Shown here: positions 9,407 to 17,300 of the stretch, one piece after another
How positions within the stretch are numbered: the first letter of the stretch is position 1
Layout: each line of letters starts with the position of its first letter
Origin: a virus
Taxonomy: Duplodnaviria > Heunggongvirae > Uroviricota > Caudoviricetes
Strand: one strand, 5' to 3'
Length of the DNA: 64,000 bases
Virus record (IMG/VR): IMGVR_UViG_3300037391_000121
The notes under the pieces: model-generated
Database searches by the model: none
What the model saw: only the letters and a program-made list of their open reading frames with translations
What the model was told of the DNA's origin: nothing
Program-made: the position numbers and the translations under genes

Positions 9407-10399
9407 TTACTTCTCGAACAGGGCCTCCATATCCAGCATGAACTTCGACGCACCAACCCCCTCCATTTGACGGGGTGCTTGTGAGGGTGAGACGTTCGAT
9501 TCAGCGTAAAATAGCCAGACCTTACGGGTGCTGGGGTCAATAATCTTGCCGTGGAGTTCGGTGGTGCTGTAGGCTACAAGTGTTGCCGTGCCAGTGTCGG
9601 GTGACGTTTCGCAGGCGTAGGTGGGGTTCGGGTAGCTCCCGCTCGCGTTCCCCGTGTTGGTCTCGTTCACGCCCATAGCGTTGACGAGAGTCAGAGTCGT
9701 AGCGGTGCTCGCCGTAGCTAAGAAAGTGCCATTATTTGTGGGATTACTGAACCCACTGATCGTGAAGTAGTACCCCGCGTAGGCGTTCCCAGCCCCACCC
9801 GTGATCGTGCCAATGTAGACGGTCGAAGACGGCGGGCTGCCCGTGGCGGCATCGACCTGTGTCAGGGCAAAGTTGAAGGGGGACGTTGTGGTAAACTGTT
9901 CATCGGTCGCTGACAGGACTGTGACGGTCTGACCGTTTAGGAACGGTTCATTCATCCCACTAAGGGTCACTGTTGCGCCAGTGGCGAAAGAGTTGCCACC
10001 CACGATGGTCACAACGTTGTTCACAATCGACGAAGCGGTGATGTCGGCTGTGAGCTTGTAATTGGTGAAGGTGACGCTGGTGGGAGTTACGGTCGCTACT
10101 CTAAAAACTTCGGCGTTGAGGAAGAAGGCGTTGATGAATCCGTCGAGGATTACGATCATGCCGGGTTTGAGGACACCGAAGCTGTTCCCACCGCTGAGCG
10201 TAAGCACGCCGCCAGCGATGGAGACGCCTGTGACATCTTCGACAAGATATACGGGGAGGTTGGATTCGATGTACTGGAGGCTATTGACCTCAACTATGGT
10301 CTCGCGTCCATCGGGCTGCCCAAGTGTGCGGTCTGGTTTGTAAATCCAGAATGCGGCGTGGATCGTCGTATTTAGCTGGAACCCGTACTTGTGCGCCAT
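9407..10399 (-). CDS. structural protein (capsid- or tail-associated), ~330 aa
   Basis: ORF 9407..10432. Start chosen at MAHKYGF (10399) because it is preceded by CGGAGCAAA; Gly/Thr-rich. Confidence 0.5.
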   Translation of the reverse strand: MAHKYGFQLNTTIHAAFWIYKPDRTLGQPDGRETIVEVNSLQYIESNLPVYLVEDVTGVSIAGGVLTLSGGNSFGVLKPGMIVILDGFINAFFLNAEVFRVATVTPTSVTFTNYKLTADITASSIVNNVVTIVGGNSFATGATVTLSGMNEPFLNGQTVTVLSATDEQFTTTSPFNFALTQVDAATGSPPSSTVYIGTITGGAGNAYAGYYFTISGFSNPTNNGTFLATASTATTLTLVNAMGVNETNTGNASGSYPNPTYACETSPDTGTATLVAYSTTELHGKIIDPSTRKVWLFYAESNVSPSQAPRQMEGVGASKFMLDMEALFEK

Positions 10400-10593
10400 T
10401 TTGCTCCGAGTTTTAGCTGAACACAGAGACACGCCAACGCACGGGCGCAGACGTACTACGACTACTGTTCATGCTCAGAAGTTGCCTTGTGGTTGGGGTC
10501 AACTCCTATCTATGTGTCTGGAAATAGGTTTTCATTTCGCGGACAAAATTGCGAAAATCGAGAGCAGGCCCAAAGTCGCGGTGTTCGTAAACC

Positions 10594-10660
10594 GTTGAAA
10601 ACAAGCCTCAAAATGCTCTGAAAAACCTATCGATTTTGCCATTTTTATTGGTATAATAGC
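10594..10660 (+). promoter_or_regulatory. conserved phage promoter element, copy 1
   Basis: GTTGAAAACAAGCC...CCTATCGATTTTGCCATTTTTATTGGTATAATAG directly upstream of the ATG at 10664. Sits in the divergent region between the two strand blocks. Confidence 0.6.
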
Positions 10661-10663
10661 GAC

Positions 10664-10963
10664 ATGAATTGCTCACGCGCACATCACAGCCGCATGGTCG
10701 ATTACTCGGGCATCGTTGACGGCGAACGCAAGCTGCACCGTGCCCTCTTCCTGTTTGTCCTCGGCATCAACGGTCGCCGCAAGAATCCCGTGACCAAAAA
10801 GCAAATCCTGAACTGGTTCCACGGCACGCCCGAAAGCATGGTCGTTGCCGCCATCAACACCCTCTGTGGCGACACCATCATTCATGAGAACGGCAAGTTC
10901 CGCGTGCTTACCTTCCGCGACCATTCCGAAGCCCGCAAATCTCAGGTGGTCGCCAATGGATAA
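10664..10963 (+). CDS. hypothetical protein, 99 aa (first gene after promoter copy 1)
   Basis: ORF immediately downstream of the promoter element. Confidence 0.5.
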   Translation: MNCSRAHHSRMVDYSGIVDGERKLHRALFLFVLGINGRRKNPVTKKQILNWFHGTPESMVVAAINTLCGDTIIHENGKFRVLTFRDHSEARKSQVVANG

Positions 10964-11312
10964 CGTCATCTTAGATGTCATTCGAGCGATTCCTCAGCAG
11001 GCTCAGCGGCAGTATGGCACCGACGAGCAGCTTCGCCTAGCGATGGCGGCTGCCAACAAGCTTGGCCTGTACGACGCCGCCGACGTGATCCGCAGGCTGG
11101 CGGGGGACGACGAACTGGCGAACGCGGCGGAACGGCACGCGGGGCATGTGTGCACTTCCCCATGTGAGCCGTGTTGCGAGAAAGACCCCGAATACGACAT
11201 GGAGTTGCACGCGACTCAGCCGAAGAAGGATTGGCCGACTGTGAAGGCCGAAGCTAAGCTACGCGAGGATTGGCGTGACCGCAGGGCAGCACGAGATTTC
11301 CAGAGAGACTGA
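10956..11312 (+). CDS. hypothetical protein
   Basis: ATGGATAA start/stop overlap with the upstream gene. The tracked ORF 10845 start lies inside the previous gene. Confidence 0.45.
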   Translation: MDNVILDVIRAIPQQAQRQYGTDEQLRLAMAAANKLGLYDAADVIRRLAGDDELANAAERHAGHVCTSPCEPCCEKDPEYDMELHATQPKKDWPTVKAEAKLREDWRDRRAARDFQRD

Positions 11313-11333
11313 TAAAATCAAAGGGAGGTATTT

Positions 11334-11684
11334 ATGGCGCGAATTTGCTCAGTTCCAGCAGAAGTTGGTCCTCAACCCAAATTCCATGATTGCGACGGTG
11401 ACTTCAAAAAGTACACCACCGCGACCGACAAGTGGATCAAAACGGTCGTCGAGTACGCCAAGAAGAACGGCTCCGGCGAACTCGCAGGCGAGATCGTTCG
11501 CTTCCACGTTGCTGACGGCTACGCTCAATATGTGGTATTCTCGTCCAAGCCACTGCAACTGATTCACCTGCCTGTCTACGATGCTTGGCATTTCCAGTAC
11601 GCCAACCGTCTGACGGTCAAGGACATCAAGGAAGAAGTTCGGCGCAACAAGTCACTCAAGGCGATGTTTGCCTCAAAGGGGTAG
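11334..11684 (+). CDS. hypothetical protein, 116 aa
   Basis: AAGGGAGG SD before the ATG. Confidence 0.5.
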   Translation: MARICSVPAEVGPQPKFHDCDGDFKKYTTATDKWIKTVVEYAKKNGSGELAGEIVRFHVADGYAQYVVFSSKPLQLIHLPVYDAWHFQYANRLTVKDIKEEVRRNKSLKAMFASKG

Positions 11685-11686
11685 TA

Positions 11687-11854
11687 ATGGCGACCGATTA
11701 TCCACAATGCAAGGGCGGCAACGGAAGAAGCTGCTCTCAAGAAGCGACCGTGGGCTGCCAGCAATGCGGCAAGGACATTTGTCCAGACCATATCGGGCCT
11801 GAACAAGCGGATGACCCAACGGCCATAGTTTGCACAGATTGCGGGAGGGAATAA
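11687..11854 (+). CDS. small Cys-rich protein (zinc-ribbon-like)
   Basis: MATDYPQCKGG..CQQCGKDICPDH..CTDCG; start at the internal Met of ORF 11585. Confidence 0.4.
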   Translation: MATDYPQCKGGNGRSCSQEATVGCQQCGKDICPDHIGPEQADDPTAIVCTDCGRE

Positions 11855-12096
11855 TGGCAACCGAAACCATAACCATCTTCACGCCGTCCGAGATCATGCT
11901 GGCGGCTCTTCTGGGGAAGACGTTCCGCCCCGAGTCGGTGTTGGACATCATCCGTAGCCTGAGCGATCTGGGGATCACCGAGCATCCTTACGATGCTGTT
12001 TGCGTCGAGAAGGTGCACGAACGGCTGCAACGGTACGGCTACAACGCCAACGAAGCAAACCAAGTAGTTTGGGCACTCAGGGAGCGTGCGAAATAA
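11854..12096 (+). CDS. hypothetical protein
   Basis: GGAGGGAATA then ATG at 11854; ATGG-type overlap with the upstream stop. Confidence 0.45.
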   Translation: MATETITIFTPSEIMLAALLGKTFRPESVLDIIRSLSDLGITEHPYDAVCVEKVHERLQRYGYNANEANQVVWALRERAK

Positions 12097-12097
12097 T

Positions 12098-12322
12098 ATG
12101 CCGAGAATCTACGATTCAGCCAGCGACCCACTAGACTTCTGCAAGCGTTGCTTCCCCGGCGAGAAGACCGCCGAGGCACGCTACGGCAACGTCGCCAAGA
12201 CGGGCAACGGCCCTGACGGGCGGGGCAACTGCTTCGGCTACAACGAAGATCACCCACCTTACGAGGACACCGATTACAAGTGCGAAACCTGTAAGCGGAA
12301 CCTCGGTGAAAAGGACAACTAA
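12098..12322 (+). CDS. small Cys-containing protein
   Basis: Internal Met (MPRIYD) of ORF 12086 directly after the upstream stop. Confidence 0.4.
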   Translation: MPRIYDSASDPLDFCKRCFPGEKTAEARYGNVAKTGNGPDGRGNCFGYNEDHPPYEDTDYKCETCKRNLGEKDN

Positions 12323-12324
12323 TC

Positions 12325-12696
12325 ATGAACTTAGACAGCGTTCGTGTTCAATTCCAATCGCAGAACCCGCACAACACTCTGTTCCTGAAAGTGTGGGCCG
12401 ACGCCAACAATGAGCCGACCGAAATGTACGCGGCTCTGAACAAGCTTGGCTTCACGCAGGACGAAGTTCCGCCTGCCCCGCCGATCCCCGCCGAGTTCTG
12501 TTACGCGGCTGGTTACGCCAAGGGGGACAAGACCCTGATTATTGAGCAGACTTTCGTGAAGGGCGGCGAAGGTTTGTTCGGCGGCTGGACGCCCGAAGAG
12601 AAAAAGGCGAACGTGCCTGCGGTTCGCGGTGCGCTCCGCAAGTTCGGTTTCGTCCGTATCGATCACCGCAAACTCAGACTTGAGGACATGCTATAA
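12325..12696 (+). CDS. hypothetical protein, 123 aa
   Basis: ORF tightly spaced after the previous stop. Confidence 0.45.
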   Translation: MNLDSVRVQFQSQNPHNTLFLKVWADANNEPTEMYAALNKLGFTQDEVPPAPPIPAEFCYAAGYAKGDKTLIIEQTFVKGGEGLFGGWTPEEKKANVPAVRGALRKFGFVRIDHRKLRLEDML

Positions 12697-12722
12697 TCGT
12701 GGTAGGATGGTGAGGAGCAAAT

Positions 12723-13634
12723 ATGCGAAGAGGCAGCAATCCCGTATTTATCCATGTCGCCGCTGATGGGCTGATTCTTGCCCCAGACAAACGGAACCGC
12801 GAGCAGAGCGCCGTCCTTGACCTTGACCCAACCACCCGCACCCTTGCCGTCAATCTGGGTGCCGACTACTGTGCGGAGCACGAGTGGGGCATCAAGAAAT
12901 TGTATGAGGCTTTCGGCGTCAAGCACGAGATCGGCACCTATGGCATCAAGAAACGCAAGATCACCCGAGTGCCCAAATCCCTTGTCTGGGTGAAGTTCAT
13001 TGACGGGCGGCAAGGCTTCGCGTACCGAAACTTCTGGTTCAAGTCAGCGGAAGTGAGTCTCGTTGACGACAGCGATCTCAAGTCGTATGAGGTATACGAC
13101 CGCGAGAAGCGCAAGATGAAAGCCAACCCCGTCCAGTTGTGCTGTGCGTGGAGCGACGACGATTTCGCCTGCGTATCCTCCGACCCCACCGATATCAAAT
13201 ACCTCCGTGAGATTTTCGACCAGTTCCAGAAGAAGAACATCATCTTCACGTTCTCGAACGCCCTCCCCGCCTTTGAGAACCCGGGGCTCATCATCGCCAT
13301 CGCGAATCGAATGCCGAAGGAAGTCGCCGACATGCTCGCGAAGGCCGACAAGGAATCGCACGAGATCGAGAAATTCGTGGTAAAGAGCAAGGTTCGTGAA
13401 CTGCTCAAGGAAAAGGGCAAGGGGTATTTCGCTCTGTCGCCGAAGCGTTGGGAGGACGGCTCGATCAAGTTCTGGCTGAACCCTTACGACCAGCACAAGG
13501 TCAACTACGGCTGGTTCACGCTGGAGCAAGTCCGCCAGTGGGCGGATGACAAAGGGCCGATCCCGATGTCTCCCGCTCAGGTGATCGATTACCATGAACG
13601 GATGTCTGGCAAGAAAGTGAGGGCTATCCAATGA
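12723..13634 (+). CDS. hypothetical protein, 303 aa
   Basis: Long ORF; GGATGGTGAGGAG then ATG. Confidence 0.5.
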   Translation: MRRGSNPVFIHVAADGLILAPDKRNREQSAVLDLDPTTRTLAVNLGADYCAEHEWGIKKLYEAFGVKHEIGTYGIKKRKITRVPKSLVWVKFIDGRQGFAYRNFWFKSAEVSLVDDSDLKSYEVYDREKRKMKANPVQLCCAWSDDDFACVSSDPTDIKYLREIFDQFQKKNIIFTFSNALPAFENPGLIIAIANRMPKEVADMLAKADKESHEIEKFVVKSKVRELLKEKGKGYFALSPKRWEDGSIKFWLNPYDQHKVNYGWFTLEQVRQWADDKGPIPMSPAQVIDYHERMSGKKVRAIQ

Positions 13635-14086
13635 TAATCACCATCTTGGCGTACAAAGCGGAGTCCGAGGATGTCTGTAGGGGTTGCCGTGTGGCATCCT
13701 ATGGTTCGGATTTCAAGTGGAAGTCGTCCATGGATCGAGGAGAGATCGAAGAGTTCCTCGCGGGGCTCATGTTCGACAACAAGCATCTCGACACGAACGA
13801 GGGCGGGTACGAAATCACTTTCCTTTTCAACGGCGAAGAATACAACGATGTCGATCAAATCGCTTGGGAGATGGATGCTCTCAAGAAAGAGCTAACGCTG
13901 GAAGCTACGGCGCTCTACATCGTCAAAGAGAATGATTTCCAGCGGGCGGAAGCTGAATCCAAGAAGCGAGCCGCCGACAAGCAAAAGAAGGACACTGAGG
14001 AGCGCGAGCGTCAGCAGTTGGCTCAGCTTCAAGCCAAGTACGCTCCGAGAGCGATGGCACCTAATGAGGATTACAACGGTCAATGA
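13631..14086 (+). CDS. hypothetical protein with charged C-terminal coiled-coil-like tail
   Basis: ATGA overlap with the upstream gene. Confidence 0.45.
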   Translation: MIITILAYKAESEDVCRGCRVASYGSDFKWKSSMDRGEIEEFLAGLMFDNKHLDTNEGGYEITFLFNGEEYNDVDQIAWEMDALKKELTLEATALYIVKENDFQRAEAESKKRAADKQKKDTEERERQQLAQLQAKYAPRAMAPNEDYNGQ

Positions 14087-14286
14087 GCCGAACGTACAGC
14101 CAACGCACGTGTCGCTGCGGTAAGAAAATCAGTGCCGCAGGGCTGCCGTGGTACAATCACATGATGGGACACGTCCGTCGTGGAGAGGCGACCGTTACGC
14201 GGACGCTCTACGACTTTCTCCAGCCAGAACACATTGAATTCACATGGATCAAAGGGGTCAAATGCCAGCCAAACAAATCCCGCTAG
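14083..14286 (+). CDS. small protein, 67 aa
   Basis: ATGA overlap; CxC..H..H pattern. Confidence 0.4.
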   Translation: MSRTYSQRTCRCGKKISAAGLPWYNHMMGHVRRGEATVTRTLYDFLQPEHIEFTWIKGVKCQPNKSR

Positions 14287-14564
14287 TCAATGAGCTTCTC
14301 GCACTTACGGAGAGGCCCTACGATGAGTACAACACGGTTCTGACCGAAGTCATGACCCGCCTGCCGCTCGACGTGCAGGTGCAGACGTTCCAGCAGGTCT
14401 TAGGGGAAGAGCTTCCCCTGACCACCGCCCGCCGCGCCTATCGCACCGCCATTCGGATAGCAATGGGGCAGGAAGATGTCCACCGTGAGTACCAGCCACA
14501 CGGCCTGCCAAGAAAAATAATTTCAAAAAACAGTTGCCAAAATCGTAAAACTTCCGTATTGTAA
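14262..14564 (+). CDS. hypothetical protein
   Basis: Internal Met (MPAKQ) preceded by AAAGGGG; alternative start at 14244. Confidence 0.35.
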   Translation: MPAKQIPLVNELLALTERPYDEYNTVLTEVMTRLPLDVQVQTFQQVLGEELPLTTARRAYRTAIRIAMGQEDVHREYQPHGLPRKIISKNSCQNRKTSVL

Positions 14565-14621
14565 CTACAGAGAAGCTTTACGGTCGCCCGCAAGGGCTCC
14601 AAAACAATTTCAGAACCTCAC

Positions 14622-14707
14622 GATGGTGTTAGGTTGACGGTTACTTCATTCAACTGAATTCGCCAATGGCGAACTGGGGCTTGCCCCTCTCTGTCTCCGC
14701 TTGTTCC
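14622..14707 (+). ncRNA. degenerate Y-RNA-like element (copy 0)
   Basis: GATGGTGTTAGGTTGACGGTTACTTCA ... TCCGCTTGTTCC resembles the conserved 5' and 3' arms of the better copies. Internal hairpins TTCGCC-AATG-GCGAA and GGGGC-TTG-CCCC. Confidence 0.35.
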
Positions 14708-14710
14708 TCG

Positions 14711-14880
14711 TGGGTTCAATTTGCAAAAGGAGTTGCCCGGGATCATACTGCCGCCTTCGGGCGGGTGTCCCTGATACGTGCAATATTCCTTTCGACGGGT
14801 GGGAAACGTGCCCCGCAGACTGCCAGCCTCGGCTGGGTGTACCTGCGAGGTCCACCCACCGTCGTCCGATTTTAATGTGC
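14711..14880 (+). ncRNA. structured non-coding region (possible additional small RNA or processing signals)
   Basis: Hairpins CCGCC-TTCG-GGCGG, long-range stem CGACGGGTGG...CCACCGTCG, T-loop-like GTGGGTTCAATT, ends GATTTTA just before the next RNA. Confidence 0.3.
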
Positions 14881-14881
14881 T

Positions 14882-15004
14882 GTGGTGTTAGGAAACGGAT
14901 ACTTCTCCTGAAAAGAGGGGGACGTGGGTTCGAGTCCCACTGCCCGTCGCGAGACGGGTATAGCTCAGTGGCAGAGCACCAACCGTGCCGTTCCGCTTGT
15001 TCCC
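14882..15004 (+). ncRNA. YrlA-like Y RNA with circularly permuted tRNA-like module (copy 1)
   Basis: 5' arm GTGGTGTTAGGAAACGGATACTTCT; T-arm GTGGG-TTCGAGT-CCCAC (14924-14940); 8-bp hairpin CCCGTC-GCGA-GACGGG; D-arm TAGCTCAGTGGCAGAGCA; 3' arm CCGTTCCGCTTGTTCCC. Directly upstream of rsr. Confidence 0.6.
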
Positions 15005-15156
15005 AGCACAGTTTTCGCGAAGGTGCCCTTGAGAGGGGCTTAAAGAAGCGTGAGCCGCTTCGCCATCGGGGTAAGGCCGCTACCAAGGGAGGTAGCGGGG
15101 CAACGTGGGCACGCACTCCCACCCTTATCATTGATATTTTGAAGGAGGATACCAGC

Positions 15157-16671
15157 ATGGCATCCGTGAACGCAGTAACTCGACGTATTGGTCCGCAGGT
15201 GCACACCGCACCCGGAGCCACGGCAGCACGCATCAACAAGGCGCTTCAGCTTCAGCGTCTCTTGAACGCTTGCATGTTGTGGGAAGACAATTTCTACATC
15301 GACGGCGAGACCGTCGCTGGCTTGATCCAGAAGCTCGTCCACGAGACTTCCGCAGAGAAGTGTGCGGAACTCGCGGTCAAGGCTCGTAATGAGCAGAAGC
15401 TTCGCCACGCACCGTTGCTCGTAGTGCGTGAGATGGCTCGTGCGTCCGCCGACCACAAGGCACTCGTGGCGGATACGCTGTTCGCCGTCATTCAGCGTCC
15501 TGATGAGATCGCGGAGTTTCTCGCGATTTACTGGAAGGACGGGAAGCAGCCGATCTCCGCTCAGGTGAAGAAGGGCCTCGCTCGCGTGTACAACAAGTTC
15601 TCCGAGTACCAGCTTGCGAAGTGGAACAAGGACAAGGACATCAAGCTGCGTGACGTGGCTTTCTTGACGCACGCAAAGCCGAAGGACAAGGCTCAGGGTC
15701 TTCTGTTGGCGCAATTGGTCAACAAGGATCGCGTGCCCGTGGCAACCCGTGGCGGAAAGTACGACAAGAAGAAGGCCGCTGGGTTCCCGGTCGCGAAGAC
15801 CTACAAGACGCTGGCGAAGAATTTCGTCGGTCTGGCAACGCCCGACACTTGGGAGGTTGCACTCTCTGGTGGGGCAGGCAAGAAGGAGACGTTCACCCGT
15901 ATGCTCGAAGAGGGCACGCTGGGTGCAATCGCCGTCCTGAAGAACCTCCGCAACATGACTCAGGCGGGCGTGTCGAACAGCGTCATCAAGAGCGGTTTGG
16001 CAACCATGAAGACTGAGCGTGTGCTCCCGTTCCGTTTCATCACGGCGGCGAAATATGCCCCGGGATTTGAGTCGGAACTTGAGCAGGCGATGTTCCGTTG
16101 CCTCGCGGGTGCCCCGAAGTTGCTGGGTCGCACTGGTGTTGTGATCGACGTTTCTGGGTCCATGAACGGCAAAGTCTCGGGTAAGTCTGAGCTTGGCCGT
16201 ATCGATGCTGCGGCCTGCATCGCAATGTTGCTTCGTGAGGTTTGCGAGGACGTTGTGATCTACTGCACGGCAGGTAACGACGGCACCCGTATCCACAAGA
16301 CGGAGATGATCCCGTCTCGTCGTGGGTTTGCGTTGCGTGATCTCATCAACCAGTCCGCAGGTCGTTTGGGCGGCGGCGGTATCTTCTTGACGCAGATGAT
16401 GGACTACGTTCGCAAGCATGAGCAGGGCGACTTCGAGCGTATGATCGTCATCACGGATGAGCAGGACTGTGAGCGTGATCCCGCTCGTGCGGCATCGCGT
16501 GCAAACACCTTTGGTGAGCACAACTACCTCATAAACATTGCCAATGAGAAGAACGGAATTGGCTACCGCAAGTGGCATCACATTGATGGATTCAGCGAAG
16601 CCGTCGTCACCTACATCTTCGCGGAAGAGGGCCAGTCCTTCGATTCCGCCGATGAAGACTCACTTAACTAA
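15157..16671 (+). CDS. rsr: Ro60-like protein (Rsr): TROVE domain plus vWA domain
   Basis: ATG after GAAGGAGGA. vWA MIDAS motif VIDVSGSMNG. Size (504 aa) and N-terminal region consistent with a TROVE domain. The tracked ORF start at 14701 is an over-extension across the ncRNA cluster. Confidence 0.75.
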   Translation: MASVNAVTRRIGPQVHTAPGATAARINKALQLQRLLNACMLWEDNFYIDGETVAGLIQKLVHETSAEKCAELAVKARNEQKLRHAPLLVVREMARASADHKALVADTLFAVIQRPDEIAEFLAIYWKDGKQPISAQVKKGLARVYNKFSEYQLAKWNKDKDIKLRDVAFLTHAKPKDKAQGLLLAQLVNKDRVPVATRGGKYDKKKAAGFPVAKTYKTLAKNFVGLATPDTWEVALSGGAGKKETFTRMLEEGTLGAIAVLKNLRNMTQAGVSNSVIKSGLATMKTERVLPFRFITAAKYAPGFESELEQAMFRCLAGAPKLLGRTGVVIDVSGSMNGKVSGKSELGRIDAAACIAMLLREVCEDVVIYCTAGNDGTRIHKTEMIPSRRGFALRDLINQSAGRLGGGGIFLTQMMDYVRKHEQGDFERMIVITDEQDCERDPARAASRANTFGEHNYLINIANEKNGIGYRKWHHIDGFSEAVVTYIFAEEGQSFDSADEDSLN

Positions 16672-16707
16672 TCAGTTCTGGGTTCGTTAACAAACAGATT
16701 AGGTAAC

Positions 16708-16736
16708 TTCCGAACCCCTGAATAGGGGGTTCGGAA
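16708..16736 (+). promoter_or_regulatory. perfect 11-bp stem-loop abutting the HNH start codon
   Basis: TTCCGAACCCC-TGAATA-GGGGGTTCGGAA ends 1 nt before the ATG at 16737. No T-run after it. Confidence 0.5.
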
Positions 16737-17300
16737 ATGATTGGTGAAAGGTTCGGTAGGTACGTCGTTCTCGAAAGAATAGAAGACCACATTACGACTG
16801 GGGGACAGAAATTTTCCCAGTGGAATTGTCGTTGTGACTGTGGCATAGTCAAGCCTGTCCTTGGGGCAAAGCTGAGGAGCGGAAACACAAAAAGTTGTGG
16901 TTGTTTGCGGTTAGAGCGATTGGCGGCGAACAGAAAGATTCTTCCCTCGGGTCAATCTCTACGAAATTCCGTCCACCACACCTACGAACTTCGTGCGGCA
17001 AAAAACCATCTCGTGTGGGAGTTGACAGACGACAAGTTCGACGAGTTGACGCGGGGAGATTGCTACTACTGCGGCTGTCCGCCCGCTAATATGGCGAGTC
17101 GCTCGTTCTTACATGGGGACTTCGTGTACAATGGGATTGACCGAAAAGACAATCTCAAGGGGTACACAACGGATAACACCGTATCTTGTTGCGGCATTTG
17201 CAATAAGATGAAGCGCGATTTGTCGGTTGAAGAATTTCTGAGTCGTGTGAGTTGTATAGCGAAAAGGCACAGCGAATATGGCAAAAGCGAGGCATTATAG
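16737..17300 (+). CDS. HNH homing endonuclease
   Basis: GRYVVLERIED..QWNCRCDCG..SCGC N-terminal zinc region and DRKDNLKGYTTDNTVSCCGICNKMK HNH motif. Confidence 0.7.
   Translation: MIGERFGRYVVLERIEDHITTGGQKFSQWNCRCDCGIVKPVLGAKLRSGNTKSCGCLRLERLAANRKILPSGQSLRNSVHHTYELRAAKNHLVWELTDDKFDELTRGDCYYCGCPPANMASRSFLHGDFVYNGIDRKDNLKGYTTDNTVSCCGICNKMKRDLSVEEFLSRVSCIAKRHSEYGKSEAL

Noticed and set aside
15040-16581. 513-aa minus-strand ORF fully antisense to rsr
   Set aside because: It is a shadow ORF of a GC-rich coding region, with an Arg/Leu/His-rich low-complexity translation, no RBS and no recognisable domain. The same applies to 28986..30425, 27045..28412, 31581..32135, 13044..13631, 14646..15239, 23552..24226, 51740..52237 and 55219..55953 on the minus strand.
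14701-16671. Tracked 656-aa ORF spanning the ncRNA cluster and rsr
   Set aside because: The N-terminal 152 codons run through tRNA-like and Y-RNA-like sequence with no RBS. A strong GAAGGAGGA then ATG at 15157 starts the recognisable TROVE protein, so the gene is called 15157..16671.
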